A stretch of DNA of 64,000 nt. Origin: Alphaproteobacteria bacterium. Lineage in GTDB: Bacteria; Pseudomonadota; Alphaproteobacteria; UBA828. The stretch is from positions 384,001 to 448,000 of the forward strand of contig CBDEFM010000001.1 in the NCBI GenBank assembly GCA_965237415.1. Direction: 5' to 3'. This document shows positions 21,116 to 28,288 of this stretch, one piece after another. The notes under the pieces are model-generated. The model was given only the letters and a program-made list of their open reading frames with translations, made no database searches and had not been told where the DNA came from. The translations under genes and the position numbers were made by a program. Position 1 is the stretch's first letter. Each line of letters starts with the position of its first letter.

Positions 21116-24100
21116 GCTGGCCCAGCCAAGGGTCACAGCGTCTCACCGAGATTCGGGCGGCGATGCGCGCCGCCGCCATCGAAGACGAAGTCGATGCGGT
21201 CCGCCGGATGGTGGAGGCCGCAGGTCTCACGCCGGCCGATCGGACGGCGATCAGCGCGCATGCGGCCGATCTGGTCCGCGCTGTCCGGGCGAGCGGCACC
21301 GCCTCGATCATGCAGGGCTTCCTCGCCGAGTACGGGCTCTCGACCCGTGAGGGCGTGGCGCTCATGTGCCTGGCCGAGGCCCTGCTCCGGGTGCCCGATA
21401 CGGAAACCATCGACGCGCTGATCGAGGACAAGATCGGCGCGTCGGACTGGGCGGCGCATCTCGGGCAGTCGAGCTCGCCGCTGGTCAACGCGTCCACCTG
21501 GGCGCTGCTGCTCACCGGCAAGGTGCTGGGAGAGGCGGAGGAGGGCCTCGCCGGCGTGCTTCACGGCGCGATCCGCCGCCTGGGCGAGCCGGTCATCCGC
21601 GCTGCGGTCGCCCAGGCCATGCGCGAGCTCGGGCATCAGTTCGTGCTCGGGCGCGACATGGGCGAAGCCATGGCCCGCACAGCAGAGCCGGAGGCGCAGG
21701 GCTGCAGCTTCTCCTACGACATGCTGGGCGAAGCGGCCCGCACCGAGGCGGACGCGCGGCGCTACCATCTGGCCTATTCGGATTCCATCACCGCGCTCGC
21801 CGCTGTCGGCCGGGGTAAGGGCATCCGCGACCGGCCGGGGGTCTCGGTCAAGCTGTCTGCGCTCCACCCGCGCTACGAGTTCGGCCAGCGTGAGCGGGTG
21901 ATGACCGAGCTCACTGCCCGCCTCGGCGCGCTTGCGCTGCTCGCCAAGTCGGCCGGGATCGGTCTCAACGTGGACGCCGAGGAGGCAGACCGCCTCGACC
22001 TCTCGCTCGATGTCATCGAGGCGGTGTTTGCCGGCCCCGCGCTCGACGGCTGGGACGGCTTCGGCGTGGTGGTGCAGGCCTACGGCAAACGGGCGGCGCA
22101 CGTCATCGATTGGGTCGGCGCGCTCGCCGCAGCGCACGGGCGCCCGATCATGGTGCGCCTCGTCAAGGGCGCCTATTGGGACAGCGAGATCAAGCGCGCG
22201 CAGACGTTGGGCCTCGACGGCTTCCCGGTCTTCACCCGCAAGGCGAGCACCGATGTCGCCTATCTCGCGTGCGCTCGCAGGCTGCTTGGCATGACGGATC
22301 GCCTCTATCCGCAGTTCGCGACCCACAACGCGCACACGGTGGCGGCCGTGCTGCACATGGCGGGCGGGCTAAAGAACTTCGAGTTCCAGCGCTTGCACGG
22401 GATGGGCGAGGCCCTGCACGAGGCGGTGCGCGCGGCGCACGGGGTCCGCTGCCGCATCTACGCGCCGGTGGGCGCGCACCATGATCTTCTCGCCTATCTC
22501 GTCCGGCGATTGCTGGAGAACGGCGCCAACAGCTCGTTCGTAAACCAGATCGTGGATGAGAGTGTGTCGGCCGACGAGATCGCGCGCGATCCCATTGCGG
22601 CGGTGGAAGGGCTCGGCAGCGCGGTCGCGAACCCCGCCATCGTGGCGCCCGCCGGGATTTTCGCCCCCGACCGCCGCAATGCGAAAGGCTGGGACCTCAC
22701 CGATCCCCTCACCGTGGATGCGATCGAGACGGCGCGCGAGCCGTTCCAGACCGCGGTCTGGGAGGTGGGTCCGCTCGTCGCGGGCCCGGTCCAAGGGGCG
22801 GACCGCAAAGAGGTGCGGAACCCGGCGCGCCCAGACGACGTCGTGGGCACCGTGACCGAAGCCGCGCCGGCCGATATCGAGGCGGCCCTCGAGGCAGCCA
22901 GAGAGGGCGCGGCGGCGTGGGCTGCGATGAGCGTCGAGGATCGCGCGCAGAGACTCCGCCGCGTGGCCGATCTCTACGAAGAACACGCGGCGGAGCTCTT
23001 CGCCCTCGCCGCCCGCGAGGCGGGCAAGACATGGCCCGATTGCGTGGGAGAGGTGCGCGAGGCCTGCGACTTCGCGCGCTTCTATGCGAGCGAAGCGCTG
23101 CGCCTATGTGCCCCTGCGGGCGTGGCCCCGCGGGGCGTGATCACCTGCATCTCGCCCTGGAACTTCCCGCTCGCGATCTTCTCAGGACAGATTCTCGGTG
23201 CGCTAGCCGCCGGCAACGCGGTCATCGCCAAGCCGGCGGAGCAGTCGCCGCTCATCGCGGCGCGCGCGATCCGGCTTATGCACGAGGCCGGCATCCCGCG
23301 CAGCGCAGTGCAGCTGCTGCCGGGCGATGGCGCGACGGTGGGTGCGGCGCTTGTCGCCGATCCGCGCATCGACGGTGTGTGCTTCACCGGCTCGACCGAG
23401 ACCGCCTGCCTCATCGACCGCGCGATGGCGGCGCACCTCGCGCCCGACGCGCCGCTCATCGCGGAGACCGGCGGGCTCAACGCGATGATCGTCGATTCCA
23501 CCGCGCTGCCCGAGCAGGCGGTGCGCGACATCGTCGCGTCCGCCTTCCAGAGCGCCGGCCAGCGCTGCTCGGCGCTGCGCATGTTGTACGTCCAGCGCGA
23601 GGTCGAGGAGCGGATACTGACAATGCTGTTCGGCGCCATGGACGAGCTTCGCATCGGCGACCCGTGGGCACTGGCGACGGACATCGGCCCCGTGATCGAC
23701 GACGACGCGCGCAGCCGCATCGAGGCGCACTGCGCGCGGGCCGAGCGGGAGGGGCGCGTGCTCAAGCGGCTCGCAGCGCCGGAGTACGGCACGTTCGTGC
23801 CGCCGACCGTGCTGCGGGTTGAGGGCATCGAGGCGTTGGCCGGAGAGGTGTTCGGGCCGGTGCTGCACGTGGCAACCTTCGGCGCGGGCGAGATCGATGC
23901 CGTCGTCGATGCGGTCAACGGGTCAGGCTACGGGCTGACCTTCGGCCTGCACACCCGCATCGACGATCGTGTGCAGCACATCGTCGATCGCGTTCGCGTG
24001 GGCAACATCTACGTCAACCGCAATCAGATCGGCGCAGTGGTGGGCTCGCAGCCCTTCGGCGGCGAAGGCCTGAGCGGCACCGGGCCGAAGGCGGGCGGCC

Positions 24101-24729
24101 CGCATTATGTGCGGCGCCTGATGGCTCGTGCCGTGCCTGCCGGGGGCGCTCCCGCCGGCGCAGTGGTTGACGAGGCGCGGCTCGCTGCTGCCATTGCCGA
24201 TGCCGCGCGCGGCCTCGCGGCACGGCCGCATCGTCGCGGCACGGGCACCCTCACCGGGGGGCGCGGTGGCGTCTCCTTCTTGCCGCTGGAGCTTCCCGGC
24301 CCCACCGGAGAATCCAACCGGCTGTCGTTCGCGCCCCGTGGCGCGGTGCTCTGCCTCGGCCCCGGTGCCGAAGCGGTGCAGGCGCAGGTGGCGATGGCCC
24401 GCGCGGCGGGAAACGCCGTCGTGGCGGTCTCCGCCGGAGCGAGCGCGGCGGTCTCCGCCTGCGCCGCCGATCCCCACGTGATCATTCTGGACGGGCAGGT
24501 CGCGCCGTCCACGCTCGCCACGTTGGGCGGTATCGCCGCCATCGCCTGCTGTGCGGACCGGGACGTGCTCAAGGAGATGCGTGCCACGCTCGCCCGACGC
24601 TCAGGCCCGATCCTGCCGCTGATTACGGAGCGGGACGCACCCGAGCGCTACGTGCTGGAGCGCCACCTCTGCGTCGATACCACGGCGGCGGGCGGCAACG
24701 CGTCACTGCTCGCACAGGCGGGAAGTTAG
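21112..24729 (+). CDS. putA: Bifunctional proline dehydrogenase / P5C dehydrogenase PutA
   Basis: EGVALMCLAEALLRVPD, SYDMLGE, RLVKGAYWD, QFATHN, RRLLENGANSSF, ISPWNFP, AETGG, SAGQRCSA; GTG start coupled to the permease stop; no N-terminal RHH domain. Confidence 0.95.
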   Translation: MSWPSQGSQRLTEIRAAMRAAAIEDEVDAVRRMVEAAGLTPADRTAISAHAADLVRAVRASGTASIMQGFLAEYGLSTREGVALMCLAEALLRVPDTETIDALIEDKIGASDWAAHLGQSSSPLVNASTWALLLTGKVLGEAEEGLAGVLHGAIRRLGEPVIRAAVAQAMRELGHQFVLGRDMGEAMARTAEPEAQGCSFSYDMLGEAARTEADARRYHLAYSDSITALAAVGRGKGIRDRPGVSVKLSALHPRYEFGQRERVMTELTARLGALALLAKSAGIGLNVDAEEADRLDLSLDVIEAVFAGPALDGWDGFGVVVQAYGKRAAHVIDWVGALAAAHGRPIMVRLVKGAYWDSEIKRAQTLGLDGFPVFTRKASTDVAYLACARRLLGMTDRLYPQFATHNAHTVAAVLHMAGGLKNFEFQRLHGMGEALHEAVRAAHGVRCRIYAPVGAHHDLLAYLVRRLLENGANSSFVNQIVDESVSADEIARDPIAAVEGLGSAVANPAIVAPAGIFAPDRRNAKGWDLTDPLTVDAIETAREPFQTAVWEVGPLVAGPVQGADRKEVRNPARPDDVVGTVTEAAPADIEAALEAAREGAAAWAAMSVEDRAQRLRRVADLYEEHAAELFALAAREAGKTWPDCVGEVREACDFARFYASEALRLCAPAGVAPRGVITCISPWNFPLAIFSGQILGALAAGNAVIAKPAEQSPLIAARAIRLMHEAGIPRSAVQLLPGDGATVGAALVADPRIDGVCFTGSTETACLIDRAMAAHLAPDAPLIAETGGLNAMIVDSTALPEQAVRDIVASAFQSAGQRCSALRMLYVQREVEERILTMLFGAMDELRIGDPWALATDIGPVIDDDARSRIEAHCARAEREGRVLKRLAAPEYGTFVPPTVLRVEGIEALAGEVFGPVLHVATFGAGEIDAVVDAVNGSGYGLTFGLHTRIDDRVQHIVDRVRVGNIYVNRNQIGAVVGSQPFGGEGLSGTGPKAGGPHYVRRLMARAVPAGGAPAGAVVDEARLAAAIADAARGLAARPHRRGTGTLTGGRGGVSFLPLELPGPTGESNRLSFAPRGAVLCLGPGAEAVQAQVAMARAAGNAVVAVSAGASAAVSACAADPHVIILDGQVAPSTLATLGGIAAIACCADRDVLKEMRATLARRSGPILPLITERDAPERYVLERHLCVDTTAAGGNASLLAQAGS

Positions 24730-24745
24730 ACCGCATTTCTCACCA
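24727..24745 (+). repeat. Half-copy of the MITE-like terminal repeat, starting at the putA TAG stop
   Basis: TAGACCGCATTTCTCACCA, 17/19 to TAGCCCGGATTTCTCACCA. Confidence 0.55.
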
Positions 24746-24949
24746 GAGTCCCGACCCGGCAGCAGCCGCGCGGACCATGATCGCGGCGATAAGACGGGGT
24801 AGTGGTTGACACTTATGAAACGGACGCCTTCATGCCCACTGGTGCATGATATGTCATTGTTATAAAGCGAGTTTTCTCCTTTTCCGATGCCAAAAGGCCC
24901 TTGCCATGCACTCACGGGCCGGCTTGAATGCGCTCCAGCTCGATTTCGG

Positions 24950-24980
24950 TGTCAATCGGCATTCAATACTGACCCCGGAT
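24950..24980 (+). mobile_element. Possible IS21-family terminal repeat remnant
   Basis: TGTCAATCGGCATTCAATACTGACCCC resembles recalled alphaproteobacterial IS21 ends (TG start, CGGC..CAA...TGACCCC binding unit); not verified by search. Confidence 0.4.
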
Positions 24981-25019
24981 TGGAGTGGGCCCCTGGGGTC
25001 GGACAGGCGGCTTGAAATG

Positions 25020-25217
25020 ATTTGACCGGTGCGTCGGGCATTCGAAGGATCGACGGCCGTGGCAAAGATGCCGTAATGGGGCTCGGCGCTCACCGGCGAC
25101 GCTTGAGCTATTGGCCATGGCGGAGATTCGGGTGTCGTTGCCCTTGCACGCGTAGCGTGTTCACGGGGTCTTGCCGAAAGGCGCGGCCCATATCCTAGAC
25201 AGGAAAGGGCAACGACA
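25020..25217 (+). ncRNA. Candidate IS110 bridge RNA (structured non-coding left end)
   Basis: Two large stem-loops with internal loops: 25026-25096 and 25133-25217 (13-bp perfect stem TGTCGTTGCCCTT/AAGGGCAACGACA), directly upstream of the IS110 recombinase start. Confidence 0.6.
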
Positions 25218-25237
25218 TGGGAGTTTTTGTCGGCCTA

Positions 25238-26420
25238 GTCACCTGGCACTGAAGTAAGGCTCAGTGTAGGCTGTTCATCGTGGTGTGGCTGTGGAGGTCA
25301 TTGCGATGGCGCGTGGTACTGGCCGGCCGATGGCGGTCTTGGTTCTGAGCGATGAAGAGCGGTCGTATCTTGAGCGTCAGGCTCGACGGCGCCGGGTCGC
25401 GCGCTCGATCTCCGATCGCTGCCGCATGATCCTGCGCTGCGCAGACGGCCTGACCAACAAGGCGGTGGCCGCCGAGATCGGCGTGCACGAGCACACGGTC
25501 GGCAAGTGGCGCCGCCGCTTCCTGAAGGAGCGCATCGAGGGGCTGTCGGATGAGCCTCGGCCGGGACGGCCGCGAACGCTCACGGACGATCAGGTGGCCA
25601 AGGTTGTCGAGCGGACGCTCAGCGCGACGCCGGCGGACGCCACCCATTGGTCGTTGCGCTCGATGGCCAGGGAAAGCGGCCTTTCGCACACGACGATCTG
25701 GCGCATCTGGGGCGCCTTCGGCTTGCAGCCGCACCGCTCGGAGACCTTCAAGCTGTCGGGTGATCCGCACTTCGTGGACAAGGTCCGCGACATCATAGGC
25801 CTCTATCTGTCGCCGCCGGACCGCGCGCTGGTGCTCTGCGTCGACGAGAAGAGCCAGATCCAGGCGCTCGACCGTACACAGCCGGTCCTGCCGATGTTGC
25901 CGGGCATGCCTGAGCGGCGCACGCACGATTACAAGCGCCACGGAACGACCTCGCTGTTCGCAGCCCTCGATGTCGCCACGGGTTCCGTCATCGGCAAGTG
26001 CTACAGGCGCCACCGGGCCAGGGAGTTTCTCGACTTCCTGAAGGAGATCGACCGACGTGTTCCCGACGAGCTGGACATCCACATCGTCATGGAAAACTAC
26101 GCCACCCAAAAGACGGCGGCGGTCAAGGCGTGGCTGGCGCGGCGGCCGCACTGGCATGTTCACTTTACGCCGACTTCGGCGTCCTGGATCAATCAGGTCG
26201 AACGCTGGTTCGCCGAGTTGACGCGCAAGCAACTGCAGCGCGGCGTGCACACCTCCACCCGCCAGCTCGAAGCCGATATCCGGGCCTTCATCGAAAAACA
26301 CAACGAAGACCCCAAGCCCTTCAGGTGGACCAAATCGGCCGACGACATCCTCGCCGCCGTCAAACGCTTCTGCCTCCGCGTCGATCAAAACTTATGCCAC
26401 GAACTTTAGATTCGGGTGAC
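25238..26420 (+). mobile_element. IS630-family insertion sequence (about 1183 bp)
   Basis: CTAG at both junctions (25235-25238, 26420-26423; TA duplicated); imperfect TIRs GTCACCTGGCACTGAAGT vs GTCACCCGAATCTAAAGT (13/18). Confidence 0.9.
25306..26409 (+). CDS. IS630-family transposase
   Basis: TVGKWRRRF...GLSDEPRPGRP, THWS, CVDEKSQIQALDR, HDYKRHGT, HFTPTSASWINQVERWF; GGAGG RBS; second catalytic Asp reads Glu (VMENYATQK). Confidence 0.92.
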   Translation: MARGTGRPMAVLVLSDEERSYLERQARRRRVARSISDRCRMILRCADGLTNKAVAAEIGVHEHTVGKWRRRFLKERIEGLSDEPRPGRPRTLTDDQVAKVVERTLSATPADATHWSLRSMARESGLSHTTIWRIWGAFGLQPHRSETFKLSGDPHFVDKVRDIIGLYLSPPDRALVLCVDEKSQIQALDRTQPVLPMLPGMPERRTHDYKRHGTTSLFAALDVATGSVIGKCYRRHRAREFLDFLKEIDRRVPDELDIHIVMENYATQKTAAVKAWLARRPHWHVHFTPTSASWINQVERWFAELTRKQLQRGVHTSTRQLEADIRAFIEKHNEDPKPFRWTKSADDILAAVKRFCLRVDQNLCHEL

Positions 26421-26641
26421 TAGACGTATCGCTGGCAAGCACGACTATCTGCGTTCTCGGCGAGAAAGGCAAGATCGTGACGGAGGCGCAGGTCGCCAGC
26501 GCGCCCGAATCGCTCGTTGCGTTCATGCGCAAGCTGCCGCACGGGATCGCCGCGATCGGCCTCGAAGCCGGCCCGCTGTCTCATTGGCTGCACAAGGGAC
26601 TGAGCGACGCCGGTTTCGAGACCGTGTTGATGGAGACCCGA

Positions 26642-27420
26642 TGCAGGCAAGCGATCTCCTCTAGCGACAGGAAGCGGGTGCTGTCGTCCGTCTTTCCGCT
26701 TCCACTCTGCTGGGACAGCGCGCGGTCGAGCCGTTCGGCGACACGCTCGGGCTCATAGTCGTCGAATTCGGGTTCCTGCCAATACTGTTCGAATGTTGCC
26801 TTGAAGCGCTCGATAACTTCAGGGTTTTTGGCTGCACTCACACGCACGTTCCATTCGAGGCCCTCGATCTGCGCTGTCTGCGTGAGGTTTAACGAGCCGA
26901 TGTCGGCGGTGTGCAGACCGCTATGACGGTGAAACAGCCGCACCTTGGCATGCAACCGCGTCCTCGCGACCTCGTACGAGACCTTCACGTGGGCGCCGAG
27001 CGCGACAAGTGCGTCGAGCGCTCGGCGCTCTGTCGATCCGGTATAGATGCTGGCGATTACCCGTATCTGCGCTCCTTCCCGTACCCTCGCTTCGAGCTAA
27101 GACTGGAACAGCCGCAATCCCGAGTGACGCACGAACGCACATAGGAGATCGATTTGGTCGGCGCTTGGTATCTCCCGCGTTATCTCACTCGCAATCTGGA
27201 CGTCGCGCCGTCCATTGACGAGTAGTCCGGTTCGACGGAGAGAGAGTGTAGGGCGGGGGGCTGGTGAGGGCGTGCCGCCAAGACTTGGGCGTTCGACGGC
27301 CTCGAAGAGCAATCGCGCAGCCGTTGCGACTCGATCGTCGGCCATCGCACCGTGTTCGAAGAGCACCTCCACCATCCGGTTCGCCAGAGAAATCTGGGCG
27401 GAGGCCTCTGTGTCACCTGA
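26642..27420 (-). pseudogene. Remnant of a PLD(HKD)-nuclease/SF2-helicase (DUF3427-type) protein, N-terminal part only
   Basis: EIPSADQIDLLCAFVRHSGLR..*..IRVIASIYTGSTERRALDAL..VKVSY..TRLHAK..GSLNLT..GLEWNVR; in-frame TAG at 27097-27099; helicase part missing. Confidence 0.7.
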
Positions 27421-27421
27421 G

Positions 27422-27530
27422 CTACACCAGTGATCGCTTGGGCAACCCTTTGCGCCACGCTGCAAGCCTCGTCGCTGCTTCCGTCACTGTCAATCCGAGG
27501 CGGTCGAGGCACACGCGCCGCGTGATCCTC
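27422..27530 (-). pseudogene. Possible HigA-type antitoxin HTH fragment
   Basis: RRVCLDRLGLTVTEAATRLAAWRKGL resembles the HigA pattern CLEPLGLSVTEAA..LGVSRKTL; no intact ORF. Confidence 0.35.
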
Positions 27531-27834
27531 GATGTAAGAGCTGAATTCACTGTTATAGCGGTCGCGAATTGATCGTAACGCCCGGAAGCGGGGCCAGCTT
27601 GGCCTCGAAATGAACGCGGCGGCGAGGGCGCTCGACTCAATTTCAGCTTACTTTGTGGTTCTGGCTACGCTCCTGCGGGCCGGTCATCGCCCTCTAAGCC
27701 ACTGATCCGTATAGCTATATCTCACTATATCCCGCCAATCCAGCAAAATTCGGGCTTACTGCGTCTTATGGGTCGTTACAGACGGCACCGGCCGCGACCG
27801 AACGGCAACCACGGAATGTGGAAGAGAAGCTGTA

Positions 27835-27957
27835 CCGGACCGCGAAGCGGGCCGGAGCGCGCGACTGCGCGCCGCGCCTTTGGCGCGAAAGCCAAACGAG
27901 CGGAGCGAGCGCCCGGCGCCTGAGGGATATATAGGGCGAGCGCCCAGCGCTCGCGCT
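27835..27957. repeat. Cluster of short GC palindromes (REP-like, or terminator for the downstream minus-strand gene)
   Basis: CCGGACCGC-GAA-GCGGGCCGG, GCGCGC-GACT-GCGCGC, CGCGCC-TTT-GGCGCG, GCGAGCGC-CCA-GCGCTCGC. Confidence 0.45.
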
Positions 27958-28278
27958 CTAACGCGCGTAGCGGGCCCAGAGGGCGGCCGGGTCGGGGCGC
28001 TTCTCGTGCTTGGCGGCGGCCTCGGCGATCTCGGCCTCGCTCGGGGCGCCGTGCTCGAGCGCCTGGAAGGCGCGGACCACGGGGCCTGCACGGTTCGCGT
28101 GGCGCTTGGCGGCCATGCTGATGGGCTCGTGCAGCGCGCCCGAGCAGTGGGCGCAGGGCCAGGCCAGCCGCGCCATCAACTCAGCCGCCTCGCCGCCGGG
28201 ATAGCGCTCCAGCAGCTGCACGATGGTGGTCGAGCCGGTGATCGGCTGAGCCGCGTCAGCCGCGCCGGAGGGAGACAC
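27958..28278 (-). CDS. Small CxxC protein, DUF1858 / hybrid-cluster-associated disulfide domain-like
   Basis: ITGSTTIVQLLERYP...WPCAHCSGALHEPISMAAKRH matches the DUF1858 pattern (IT..MTI..V...YP...C..C..A..ETL..AA..H); 10 nt downstream of the LarA-like gene. Confidence 0.6.
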   Translation of the reverse strand: MSPSGAADAAQPITGSTTIVQLLERYPGGEAAELMARLAWPCAHCSGALHEPISMAAKRHANRAGPVVRAFQALEHGAPSEAEIAEAAAKHEKRPDPAALWARYAR

Positions 28279-28288
28279 GGCGCCCGCC

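Larger units (their letters stand above)
24981..26641 (+). mobile_element. Truncated IS110-family element (leader plus 5' part of the recombinase), interrupted by IS630
   Basis: About 235-nt structured leader, then a DEDD recombinase N-terminus split by IS630; both boundaries approximate. Confidence 0.8.
25217..26641 (+). pseudogene. IS110 DEDD recombinase, interrupted and 3'-truncated
   Basis: Removing IS630 restores MGVFVGL-DVSLASTTICVLGEKGKIVTEAQVAS...IGLEAGPLSHWLHKGLSDAGFETVLMETR; homology stops at about 26641. Confidence 0.88.

Noticed and set aside
24840-24870. AT-rich IHF/att-like motifs here and near 27695-27730
   Set aside because: Only loose matches to the IHF consensus, no integrase and no clear direct repeat pair
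26581-26988. 135-aa ORF as an intact gene
   Set aside because: It is the post-stop fragment of the PLD pseudogene reading into antisense IS110 sequence
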